Shown here: piece after piece, positions 30,353 through 47,278 of the stretch
Layout of the letters: every line of letters starts with the position of its first letter
Position numbering within the stretch: position 1 is the stretch's first letter
DNA from: Podarcis vaucheri
Taxonomy: Eukaryota
Length of the DNA: 64,000 nt
Assembly: GCA_965113315.1 (NCBI GenBank)
Contig: OZ220366.1
Direction: 5' to 3' (one strand)
Position numbers and translations under genes: made by a program
Notes under the pieces: model-generated
Databases searched by the model: none
Seen by the model: the letters and a program-made list of their open reading frames with translations, nothing else
What the model was told of the DNA's origin: nothing

Positions 30353-32908
30353 CCTATTGCATTACAGGATGTCCTTGTGCAGGCTTCTAGTAGTGGGATC
30401 TGTTAGTTGAATCTGTCTCATACTTTATGCATTTTGACATTGATTGACATAACAATTGACATGGCATGTTTCTGTTAGAGAAAAAATAAAAACAAGCAGA
30501 AATTATTGTATAACTTCTGCATACAAAGAACCTGGGTAGCTGCCTTATCCTGAGTCAAAACACTGATCCATCAAGCTCAGCAGAGTCTCAAATTACTTGC
30601 AGAAGCTCTTCTGACATCAACCCCAAACATTCTTACTCTCTCAGGCATTTGGAGAGAACCAGCGAGACTTTAAAAAAAAATGCAGGGTTTTATACTGTTC
30701 TGTGCTTCTTTAAAATATACTTTTAATTGTTGGTTTAACTGACATGTATTTTTGCAACTGATGTTAATTTTATGATGTTCTGGAAACTACCCAGGGATTA
30801 CTGTGATTATTTATTTAGCTATGCATACACCACACTTTTATTAAGCCTGCGAACAACATACATTATTGCAGGATCAATAAAACATCAGTAAGAAAATATC
30901 AATAAAAAGTGCTGGACAATCTACACATCTAGATAATAGAATACATGGTACCAGGGATATTTATGCAAAGACATCTCATTTCCCACTGGAAGCTGAAATG
31001 GAGGGGTTACTGGGGCTTTTTTTTTGGGGGGGGGAAGTCCCTCCTTGTTCAAGGAGGCTACTGACAGGACAGGCAGGGGGCAAGAAGTGAAATCTGTTGA
31101 AATGGTATGTGGCAGAGCTGGCCCAGCTATAGGGCAGGATGAGACCACTGCTTCGGGCAGCAGATGCCTCCGTGGGTGCCCCACCATTGGCACTGATTTT
31201 GGTCCAGTAGCAGATGCAGGAGTGGCAGGAGTAGGTAGATGGTGGCGGCAGGGCAAAGCAGCCCCTTCCGTTTTGCCAACAAGCTGCCCTGGTATGTGAT
31301 ATTGTTCCTTTCTTGGCAAACCTTCATAAAGGAACTCCTGACAGCCACTGCCAGGAGGCTGTTATTTACATGCTGGATAGATCATTCCTGGAAGGGACAC
31401 AAGGCATACAATTCGCCTCTGTATTGTTGGTGCATGTTGTTCTCCTCTGAATTGCCTGCAATCAATTGCAGAGATGCAAAGAACTGCAAGCTCTCAGGAG
31501 AGATCAAATGCCATTTGATAAGTTGCAAGGGATTTGGCGACATCTTGACGCCAGGTGATAAATTTGTAGGTTACTAGAACTGCAAGCTCCTTGGCCCTGG
31601 CTTCGCAAGTTCTCCCTTCCTCCTGTTCTCATGATGGCAATTCAGCCATGGCATACGTAATATTAGCAGGGCTGCTGCCATGGTAGACCTATCAGAAGCA
31701 CAAATCTGCTCTGAACATGGTCCGAGCTCATTTCCAAGGCCACACCTACACAGCAGCAGAACCAAACCTTCGTGTTTCTTTCTCTGTGCTGCCTTGCTGT
31801 TCTCTTATCTCATTTCATTTCACTGCCCTGCGTGTTTGTGTGAGTGAACACCACTGGACACACTGCGAGTCTCTTGTTTGTAAAAAAATAAAATAAAAAA
31901 TAAATGTTGTTGTTACTACAATTATACCATTTTTGTTTGATGACTGGAAGATTGAGAATTCAAGTAATTTTTAAAAATGCTAATCTGTCAATTCTACAAC
32001 AACTAACCCTCATTAACAGCTGATGGAAGTCACAGGGTAATTATGCTGAGAGGAAAGGAGAGATGTGCTGGGACGTATATTTCTTTTTGACCAGTATGAG
32101 CTGGAAACTTGGTAATACAGGTGCATAGTAGGAAGCTGGTTTAAAGGCTGATGCTCTGAAACAAGAATGTCATATAAAAATACCGTATTGGCCTGAATAT
32201 AAGCCTCACTTTCCCCCAAATTCCGACCGTGAAACGTTAAAGTGCAGCTTATATTCGCAACCTTACTAAAATTGGCTTGGAGCAGGCTCGTCCCCAGATG
32301 TTGCTTGGTTTCGGCTGGACCAGCTCCCAAGATGGCGGTGTGGCGAGGGGGTCCCTGAGAGGGAGTCAGAAGGCGGCGAGGAGCAGGGAGGGAGGGAGGA
32401 GCGTGGATGAGAGAGCGAGAAGGTCTGCTAGGAGGAGGAACAGGAGATGCAGCCGGTCTGCTGCGACTGGTGCTAGCCCACCAAGGTGCCTGACTTTAGC
32501 CCACCGAGGGGCATGTGAGTCCCAACTGCCGCTGCCACTCTCCGCCCGTACCACCTGAGAAGGGGTGTGTGCTCATACTTATAGCTTGATTGGACCTAGG
32601 GACATTTATTGTGTATGTGTACAAACTGCCATTGGGCGGATAGATTGCAGAACTCGATTGTAGTGATTGTAAGGTGTGCAAATGATGGTGACCAAATCAC
32701 AAACTCCATGATTAGGTGTGATATAGGCCACCAAAAATCTGCCACAGAGCCTAGGTTCCTGTGTTTTTTGTGAAACCTAGACTGGAGCTGTTCTAGGGAA
32801 CTGGAACACGTAAGACACTGAGGCTGGATCAAGACACATCAAAGAAGCATTTCATAAACGTGTTCTAAACTTTGTATGAGAAATCGGGTTGGCAAAAACA
32901 GAACTCCA

Positions 32909-32923
32909 CAGCGCCACCTGGTG
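32909..32923 (-). promoter_or_regulatory. CTCF motif
   Basis: CACCAGGTGGCGCTG, near-consensus. Confidence 0.65.
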
Positions 32924-33915
32924 TCACAGTGTTAGAAAGCATATAAAGCGCTTTTACTTTGCCAGTGTAGCCAATGTAGCCGAGTCCTGATTCCCGCCCC
33001 GCCCCCCCCGCCTTAGCAATACAATAATAATTATTTGTTGCTGTTAAATCAACTTTCGTCTTTTTTTTCTTTTTTCCCCTTGGCATTTTGGTAAAAAAAA
33101 GTGATTCTATGTATCACATAGCTGACTAAGGGTTTAGGCTGAAGTTATTAAATACAAACAAATTCTATGTTGGGGAGGCAAGCACACTCTTGTACATGCT
33201 CATGCTATTTATTCATTTCTGAGGCTCATGATTCTTAATTGTGTCTCCTCCTATACAACTTAAAATACTTAGGTTGTGTCACATTTTGATTGGGCACAAT
33301 ATTGGCAGCACATTTTCCTTCTCAGTAATCCAACTGGCAAGAGCCTTGTCTTATACCTTTTAAAAAAACAAAACCAGCCCACCAGAATATGGCTCATTGT
33401 ATGATACTGAGTACACAACTCTGGCACACTTTTAATCAAAGAGGTAGCCAGCTAGCCATGGCTTACACCAGAAATAAGACAACAGTCCAGCAGCAGTTTA
33501 AATCTGGCAAGTGTAACAATATGCTTTTGTGGGTTACTAAGAATGATGCATCTAGTGAAGTGGAGTCTAGCCCAAGACAGTTCGTGCCACTGTATTTTCA
33601 AGAGACTAGTACTGTTTGTTTTGTTATAATGTTCAAGCAGCACTATGATCTGGTTGACAATGTCATCGTGAGGATAAGAAGATTGTAAAACACATTGGTT
33701 AACTTAAAATGCTGTTACAAAAAGTAGAATGGTGCAGGTAATGGTTCAGAGCCTACATGCAGGCAAGCCTGTCCTGTCACACAGCCACATATTGGATTGC
33801 CAAAGGCCAACATGTAAAGTCCAACGTCTGTAAACATGACTACCCTAGTTGTGGCCCAGAGTCTGTTCATCTTTTGTTCATTAGGCTGCTGTGAGCGCAT
33901 GTCAGGACACTAATA

Positions 33916-34137
33916 CAGTCGTACCTTGTCTTGCGGCTGGGATCCGTTCCGGAGCCCCGGTCACTAGCTGAAAGGGATGCAGGGCAAAGTGCTGTGTCTG
34001 CGCACGGAGCGATTTGCACTTCTGCACATGCGCAAGCAACAAATCCGGAAGTAACCCATTCCAGTATTTCCGGGTTTACCATGGACGTTCGCCAGAATGG
34101 ACGCTAGACAAGGCGGACGGTCATGGAGGTATTACTG
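33916..34137. mobile_element. Tigger-like MITE
   Basis: TA-CAGTCGTACCT ... AGGTATTACTG-TA. Confidence 0.6.
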
Positions 34138-34787
34138 TACCCATTAAAAATCTCCACTCCTGCAAATGGTGGTCTAAGAACAAGGCACACACCCCCCACG
34201 ACACACGAGTAAGCATGGAAGGGGAGACCATGTCTCAAAGTATGGCACCTGCACTTACTCCAACTCCCCCAAGGACAGAAAGACGTGGAAAGCACTCAAG
34301 GCCACAGAGTATCTCCCACCAGAATAGGGACAAAATGTGCATTGGCTTAACATCACTACCTTATCTGCGAGGCCGCAGGAGTATTCCTTGTACAAGGGGA
34401 TATAGGGTAAATCTGTACTGTGCAAAAACAGAGGCCCTGGTGGCCGCTATAACCCCACTGCAAACAAACTTCCGCTACATCCCAGGGAAAGCAACGAGGA
34501 GCACAATAGCAGACTCGTCTTTGGGTATTGCCACTGCTGGCCAAACAGTAACGACTCTCATGCATGCAGGATATGAACCAGGGCATATGGAACAGAACTG
34601 AAACTACAGAGCAACTCCCTACTGTAGAAAAGATGAGCAACGTTGCAAACGTTGTGTTCTACAACTGGTGCAGTTGGAATGGGGACCCTGGGAGCTTTTC
34701 ATTGGGAGATGAAGGACAAAGATGAGATATGCAGACTGTAAGAATCCCTAGGTGATATGACACTCTTCCCCATATTCACTCACGTAA

Positions 34788-34802
34788 CAGCGCCACCTGC
34801 CC
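34788..34802 (-). promoter_or_regulatory. CTCF motif
   Basis: GGGCAGGTGGCGCTG. Confidence 0.5.
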
Positions 34803-34919
34803 GCAATGAGCATCTAGTCATCACTGTTCTCGTGTTTCTCTTGTCGCTCCACAAGCATCCAGGCAGCTGTTCTCTACCTTTTCCCCTGCCAAGGACTCAA
34901 GGCAGCTTACAGATAAAAA

Positions 34920-35425
34920 TGGTGGCCCTGCAAAAACAAATTAGACATGAGCTTGCAGTATCTCCAAATCTGGGAGAGTTGTGTACTGCCATTAACCAAA
35001 TGAAAAACAAAAAAGTCATCGAACTTGATGGGATACCTGCCAAAGTCTTCAAAGTGAACAGAATTGAACTTACTACACACAAGCTCATCTGAAAAATATG
35101 GGCGAGAGAAGAGATCCCAGCAGACTTTAGGGATGCCAAAATTATCAATCTTTTTTTTTTAAAAAAAAAGGTGATAAAATGTATTGTGCAAATATTGAGG
35201 CATCTCTTTATTAACAAATTCTTGAAGGATCTTAGCAAACCTTCTCCTAACTATATCTGAGGGCACCCTTCCTGAATCCCAAAATGGTTTTTGAACTTCT
35301 AGGGGGGACAGAGGGTATGATTTTCACTGCTCGACAGTTTCAAGAAAAATGCAGAGAGCAAACCCAACCCCTGTATATGGTGTTTATTGACCTGACTAAG
35401 GCCTTCGACACTGTAAATCATAATG
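34920..35425 (+). mobile_element. RTE/BovB-clade LINE reverse transcriptase fragment (frameshifted)
   Basis: AINQMKNKK..DGIPA, IPADFRDAKII and MIFTARQFQEKCREQ..LYMVFIDLTKAFDTVN motifs. Confidence 0.85.
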
Positions 35426-35639
35426 GTATGTCTTCTCCCTTGAAAACGTCCTCAAGGAATGTCCTCTCCTTGAAAAATACACACAAGAGACTGCAGGTGG
35501 GTGGTGGAACCAAAAGGGTTAATACCTAAGAGGGTCTGTAGAGCTGGAAGCATCTTTCAGATATTTGGGGCCTATGTTGTTTAGGGTTTATAATAAAATT
35601 GCATGTTAAAGTTGCATGCCTTGGCAGACTTGCCAAAAC

Positions 35640-36110
35640 AAAAACGTCTGTTGCAGGTGCTGAAAACAACATGGTGATGGCACTTGCCTAATATTAATTG
35701 GCAGGGCGTTTCAGAGTGTAGGTGCAGAATGGTTATTATGTGGCACTTGTAGAAGTGCCAGCTGCACAGATCGAAGCCGTCAAATGGGCGTAGATGGGGT
35801 AAGGCGATCCTTCAAGCAAACTGGTCCCAAGCTGTTGAAGGCTTTATATACTAATAATAACACCTTGAATTTGACCTAGTAACAAACCAGCAGCCAGTAC
35901 AGATCTCTGAGCAGAGGTGTAATATGCTGACAGGGTCTCACTCCTGTTACCAGTCGTGCAGCATTCTGCACTAACTGCAGTTTCCAGACCAAGCACGAGG
36001 GAAGCCTTACATAGAGTTCATTGACGAAATCAAATCTTTAACGGTGCCTGGACTACTACTGTACTGTGGTCAAGTCCAGCAATGGCTGTAGCTGTTGTAC
36101 CAGCCAAACT
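35640..36110 (-). mobile_element. Degraded L2-type LINE fragment
   Basis: Minus-strand TGGAAACTGCAGTTAGTGCAGAATGCTGCA (WKLQLVQNAA); boundaries approximate. Confidence 0.55.
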
Positions 36111-37799
36111 GACAAAAGACATTTCTAGTTCTTACATTCAGACATTACTGAAATATTTGTCACTGCAGATTTGCTTCAAGTATCTGTCATATCATGAGAA
36201 ACCATCAACCTGCCTGTATCAGCCCCACTGTTAGAATCATATCCATAACTTGAAGTTGCACTACTTTCTTGCTTTTTCCAAAGCCTCTAGTTAATGGACT
36301 AGTTACCTTTTTACCCAGGCCCTTAGAATAATTGGTTTTCCTGGCGGTGGTATTTTTATTCTTTTCTCCCTTCAGTCCCACAGCTCCAACGCATACACCA
36401 ATGTGGCTTAATCTGTAGCAGCAGAGTGATGGACTCTGTTGCAAGCTCTGTGTGTATTATTGTCAGCTGTGCCTCCAGTGACAAAAGCTGGTTCCCAAAG
36501 CATCTGCAGACTGTATGCTTGCTCCTTCAAGGGGAGTATAACCGTCTCCAGGACAGGCAACTGGCTAATTTCTCAGACACGGGTGTTACATATGTAAAAG
36601 ACAATCAGAAACTGGAGGTGTACAATGGTTGTGTACACACTCCCATTTACTCCCATGTGCTCCTGTTGCTGGTTTGGAAAGTGGTGTACACACACACCAG
36701 CTTCAATCCAAATAAAGAAACAGAACAACCTAGTTGTATTTTAAGCCAATAACGTGCCTTGCATCCAAACAAAGCATTGAATTGGATATTAGTTTAGATG
36801 CTGCTTTTTAAAAAGGCAACAATATCTGAAATGGTTCATATAGTTTCCATTGGATCTAAAAAAGAATTCAGTACATATCAGAAGTCTGTTACCTCCCAAT
36901 GCAATTCATCCAATAAAAAGGTATTATTAGAATGAAGCACAAAGACTCCTTTGTAAATGAATGACAATTTTATTATGTACACAGCTAAAAACAAAAGTAG
37001 AGAGGTCCCCTCACACTTTAAAACTTTTTGGTTAACCTAAACTGTTCATCACCATCTGTAAAAGAGTAGATTGGGATAAAAACTTGTGTTATTTGGCTGT
37101 TATTATGCATGTATTGCCTAAACACCAGCTTCTGGGCTAGGATATTTCATTATTTATCTGCAAACTGTTGTTGTATGCTGAAATAATTTAATAAAAATAA
37201 AGAACACTATAAAAAGGTATTATTTGAAACATTTTGGATATTGCCTGTCCTAGGGATCAACAGACAGTATTTCTCCAAAATTGGAAACTAACAAGGGATG
37301 TTGTAGACCTTGGGTCTGAGTTGAAAGGTGTCAGCAGAGCAGCTTCTTAGTTTAAAAATGGGGTTCTTTACCTATGTTTCAGGGGATCTGTACCCCAAAA
37401 ATACTTTTTTCTCCCAATGCTGTAAATAAAATTTGTATGCATATTTTGTGTTTAGTGTTTGTGCATATATGTGTTTGTGTATATTTTTTCTGGGGAGGGG
37501 GTCCATAGCTTTCATCAAGTTCTCAGAAGAGCCCATGACCCAAACATGGTTAAGAGCCACTGGTTTAAAAGAAACATGACAGCATTACCTAATCTCAGCA
37601 AGCAAGGATATTTTAGTTTGCCTGAATGAAAGCCTCCCAATTCTCTAATGGCCTAACCCCGACTCGTTTTTCAGGATGGCTCCGATGCCTTCCAACAAGC
37701 CTCCTGCCAAGCAGGAAATCAGCAAATGTGAAGCTTTTCTCGCCCATTGTATCTGCGCTGACAGCTTCACCTGCCGAACTGCTGCTTGTCGTGACGCAG

Positions 37800-38900
37800 C
37801 TTTTAAATGCCAACACAGCCCCGGCGGGCGGGGAGGGAAGAGTGAGAGAGAGAGGGGGAAAAGCCCTGACAAGAGCACAAGCTCCATTGCCGCTGAAAGG
37901 AAGGCGGCGCGCGTTACATAACCTGGTGCGGCCGCGCAAAGGGAGCAGCAGTGCAGCTGGAATCAAGCCGGCGCTTTATCCGCTGCAGGGACAGCGCAGA
38001 TTCGAAAGGGAGGGCGACAAATTTCAGGGGCAATCTTATTAAGCCAACTTGCTGCGGAAGGAGCCCAGTGGATTTTTTTTTTTAAAAGACAATTTTCAAG
38101 TCAATTACAAAACAGCAAGAACCGCCTATGAATCATAACATACCAGAAAGTGGGGTGGGGGCATTAAGTCCCATTTAACTTATTGCGATTTTCTTCGGGG
38201 TAAATATACACGGGGGATGTTTCGCCGACAGCCCGCCATTTCCAGGGCACGGGCAGCAGCAGCGGCTCTCCAACGCCTTTCCCACGAACTCTCGTCATGG
38301 GTGACGGAAAGGAGAAGCGGGAGCGGCGGGCGCTTCGCTGCCATTTTGCGCATCCTTGCGCTTTTTTATGGCAGGGGAGACGGAGAAGCCGCGTCCTGCA
38401 CTGAACAGAACGGGGAGGCTCGGAGCGCGTCACGTGCCCCAGAGCCTTTTCCGCGGAGTTTAAGTACCCGGATGCCGGAACTACATTACCCGTCAGGCCC
38501 CTGACGCCTCTACGCCTGCCGCTCGCCGTCCAGGCCGGAAGGACTTGGTGGCACCGTGACCTCCGGAGCTTCCTTCTTTCCGAGCCAAGCCCCGGCTGAG
38601 GTAAGACACGAAACAGGCCTCGGGAGCGTATCCGTGTCCATCGGGGCCGCGGCGGCACCCCGCCGGCCATCTATGGCCGGCATCGACCTCCGCTTCCCCT
38701 GGCCGGTTTCGCGGCGGGGAACATTTCGCGCTTCTTTTCGTGCGGCTCCCATGAACGATTCGCTTCCCGCTGCCGGGCGAGCCTGGATTTTCCTTTGGCT
38801 GCCGAGGCCACGAGCAGCGGAGGATGGGCTCCGACGGGAGACCGAGCTCGAGGGGAACAGGCGGAGGGGGATATTTCTGTCCTCGTGATTTTGTGTTTTA
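37800..38900. promoter_or_regulatory. RPL8 CpG-island promoter with TCT initiator / 5'TOP
   Basis: CTTCCTTCTTTCC at 38569-38581 (YCTYTYY TCT motif, TSS ~38576); ETS CCGGAAG 38535-38541; ZNF143/THAP11-like ACTACATTACCC 38480-38491; YY1-like GCCATTTTG 38340-38348; non-coding exon 1 ends at 38600 with GAG|gtaaga. Confidence 0.88.
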
Positions 38901-39501
38901 AAAAATGTCTGTAACGGCAGCCATTCAGGGCGATCCCTCAGAACAGAATAGAATAACACAGTTAGAGGATTCTTAAGATATATGAAACTCCTGCTGTCAC
39001 AAATATTTTTCTTCTACTCCGTTTTAGTCAAAGGCCCTGTTGCATTTTTTAAATAAGCTAACTTTCATTTTGCAAGTCTTTAAGCTTGAGGTCCATACAC
39101 CAAGAAAAACTTGGTGCAGAAAGCAGTACTGTATGAGTTGCAAACATTATCATTGAAAAACTTTCAAAAGAACATAAAAACATTGGGGTATGTGTTTGTG
39201 TGTGTTTAACCTGTACTGTGCTGTGTGAGACCATGACTATAGAGCAGAAAGTAAGTTCCCATACAAAAAAGCTGCACTCTCAAACTTTGGCATTTGAGAG
39301 GGCTTTGAGAAACCATAAATAGTTCATTAGATTGATAGGAACACTGTGTGTGAGATCTAGAAATACAGTTAAAATATAGAAAACAATATAGAAAACAAGC
39401 ACACTAGATACTGAAAGTGTTTTAAACTGGGATAGAGAACCATACTAAAGAATCTTTCTACACTAGAGGCAGCTGCATTTTCTAAATAAGCATCCTAATA
39501 A

Positions 39502-44168
<4,667 letters not shown>

Positions 44169-44195
44169 ATATTCAGTTCAATATATTCATAAAGA

Positions 44196-44201
44196 AATAA
44201 A
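44196..44201 (+). terminator. RPL8 polyadenylation signal AATAAA
   Basis: Canonical hexamer 28 nt after the stop codon, followed by GT/T-rich sequence. Confidence 0.85.
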
Positions 44202-46360
44202 TGCCACCTTTTGTTCAAAACTGGTACAATGTGTGTGAGGCATTTTCTTTTTAGTTTTAACAGTTTGTCTAAACATTTTATAGATGTGTAAATGGTCCTG
44301 AAATTTTAATCACCTTACAAAGGAACTGTTTTAGATTGTGTATGAAGTTGTCCAGATAGCTCAAGTATCTGGTAGACCAGTTTGAGAACAGGAAGCAGGA
44401 CTTTGGGCCTTTCGTCTGATCCAGCAGGTCTTTGTGCTGTTTCATCAAGCTTCAGGAAGGCAAGATCTCAAACTTGGTTCTTAGTACACAATGCAACATT
44501 CTTACACTTTGCTATATAGCAAAGACATGTCAAATGGGAGTAGAAAGAGAGTGATATGCTTAGATTAATGGCAAAATAGAATCCTTTAAACAGTTCTATA
44601 ATGCTGAACAAAATGTTAGGTATGTTTAAGGCACTTATAATGTTCTGCTTGTGTAATAGGACCTTCCTCTCCCCTTTACTCCCTGGCACACTATAAATTT
44701 CTCCAGAGGGTTGGGGGTACACACAAGTGGAAGAAGTCCTGTTGCATGAGCAGAACGGTTTGCAGTGTTGGATACAAAAGCCCAGTTTTGTCTTAAAGAA
44801 GCCTGTTTAATAAGGACCAAAACTATGCAGCTGCACCCAAGGGTCTTTTGGCAAACTTGGGAGGAGGGTGTCTCTCCCTCCAAAAGCCGTTTGACATGGT
44901 CAGCTGTTCAAGGAAAGAGGGATAGTCAAAGCAGCCCATATCCAAATAGTGGAGAGATGTTTTGATGGTACATCAGTTTCCCTAGAATGTCATTTTGGGC
45001 TGCTTGGAACATGGCTCAAAGGACTGCATCCAGAGTTAAGGCTACAGCTTATACAATATATTTTCCAGCTTCCCCACCTTTTTTCTTGTGACAGCTCTCA
45101 CAGCAGCAGCACAACATGAGAAAGATTGCTACAGCAGGTGCAAGTAGAAGTTCCTGCTTTCCATTTAATGAAAAGACTGAAGTGAACTCCTGTTCTGTAG
45201 TCTGCTTTGCCCCATACCATGTAAATAGCATACGGATTTATCGGTGCCCTAAGTACATTGTGCAAATATAGAGAAAACAAGTTTCAATGTTTAGTAGATG
45301 GAATAGTTTTCAGAGGACCACAGATAGTAAAAGCAACGCTGTGGGAGCATACATTTTCTAGACACTTAACAGACTTCTTGCTTTGCATGATGTTATCATG
45401 AGCATGCTGTATTTTGCTGATAAACGAGGTGGAGGGAAGGCGGCTTTCACAAAAGGAAGTTGAAGCACGTAAGAAATATACACAAGTGCTGCTAACTGGA
45501 AAACAGAAATTGGAATATTTTTGAAGCTGAGCTAATGACATGTACTCTTAATGATGTCACAGGCAGTTTTCTCATTTCCTTTCAAGAACTATATAGCGTA
45601 ACAAACCTTTAGAATACACGTGGTAGAGAGCACACTATCTGAAAATAACAGGTGGCTGTCTTACGTATGTGTGGAGCAAAGCTGTGTGAGCACAAATTGC
45701 TTTAAAGAGCAACCCAGTAAGTCTCAGAAGCAGGTGTGGCTTTTCCTAGATGTACAGCAATTGGAAAACTACTGCTTGCATTTGTAAGTGCATGGCTACC
45801 GGGGGGGGGGGGGGAGCTGTGGTCTGCTGACCTATAATTTACACATCCTTTACCACTGGATCTGTTGGTTGGGGTTGAATAAAGTTGTAAGACCACAGCA
45901 ACCGTTTAGAAAAACAGTGATGTAACTCTTAGTGAAGAACAATCTCTTGAAAGGAATCATTGAGCTAAGAATGAGGATTGCTTAATTAGAAGTAAACTAG
46001 CAATGCAGAAAAAGTCAACACATTGACTATATAGTTTGAAAACTGCTGCTAGGTGCAGCTAGAGACTAAAACCTATCAGTTACTTGTGATTTTAGTATTG
46101 TCCAATATTCAATATACACCTAATGTATGTAAATAAAAATGAATAAAAATATTTTTGGGGGTGTCCTGCTGACAGCCTGAAAGCTGTAGAGCTCTCAAAA
46201 ATGTTAGTCTTGGCCAGACTTATAACCCATGAAACTCTTAACTCTATGAAAAGGTAGGTAGCATGCAGCAATAGATTACAGATTAACAATACCGGTACAA
46301 CCTAGAAGAATATAATGATTTTCACCATATGTAGGACACTTGAGACAGCCTACAGGTGTA

Positions 46361-46548
46361 CAGTGGTACCTCGGGTTAAGAACTTAATTCGTTCCGGAGG
46401 TCTGTTCTTAACCTGAGGTACCACTTTAGCTAATGGGGCCTCCCGCTGCTGCCGCCACTGCACGATTTCTGTTCTCATCCTGAAGCAAAGTTCTTAACTC
46501 GAGGTACTATTTCTGGGTTAGCAGAGTCTGTAACCCGAGGTACCACTG
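46361..46548. mobile_element. Tigger-like MITE
   Basis: Perfect 18-bp TIR CAGTGGTACCTCGGGTTA, TA TSD. Confidence 0.88.
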
Positions 46549-46926
46549 TATGATTGTTCGCTGCAACAAGTAGGCTATAGTCAAACTGTTCTTGTGTTAG
46601 AATAGCAACGCAGAGTGGTATACCGGTCATGCATGTTGCTACAAGGGTCTAGTGACATGTTGCTCTGTCCAGCATATGAACATTGGAGAAAAAACTAAAA
46701 TTACAGGGACCAAAATTATTTCACAGAATTAACCAACCAGGAAAAATCCTGAAAAGATAGTAACAAAGTAACTTATTCCTAAAACATTGCTTTCCAATAA
46801 AAAGGGCTACTTTCAATCATGAGGCACAAAGCATTCTAGAGGAGAAAGTTAAAAAACTGTTTCTACTACTCTCCTTAGTGTGATAGTACATGCAATCTTT
46901 CATTTATATTGAAGTATAGAGTTGAA

Positions 46927-47278
46927 GGGATGCGGGTGGCAGTGTGGTCTAAACCACAGAGCCTAGGGCTTGCCGATCAGTAGGTTGGTGGTTCAAATCC
47001 CCGTGACGGGGTGAGCTCCTGTTGTTCAGTCCCAGCTCCTGCCCATCTAGCAGTTCGAAAGCACATCAAAGTGCAAGTAGATAAATAGGTACCGCTCCAG
47101 CGGGTAGGTAAACACCATTTCTGTGCGCTGCTCTGGTTTGCCAGAAGCGGTTTAGTCATGCTGGCCACATGACCCGGAAGCTATCTGCGGACAAACAGGC
47201 TCCCTCGGCCTAGAGAGATGAGTGTGTAACCCCAGAGTTGTCTGCGACTGGACCTAACGGTCAGAGGTACCTTTACCT
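46927..47278 (+). mobile_element. Sauria SINE (Squam1), full length
   Basis: GGGATGCGGGTGGC...GGTTCAAATCC head, AAGTAGATAAATAGGTACC core, GTCATGCTGGCCACATGACC, ACCTTTACC tail. Confidence 0.9.

Noticed and set aside
34014-34601. Longest non-genic ORF in the window (195 aa)
   Set aside because: Starts inside a MITE, has no recognisable domain and no splice or promoter support.
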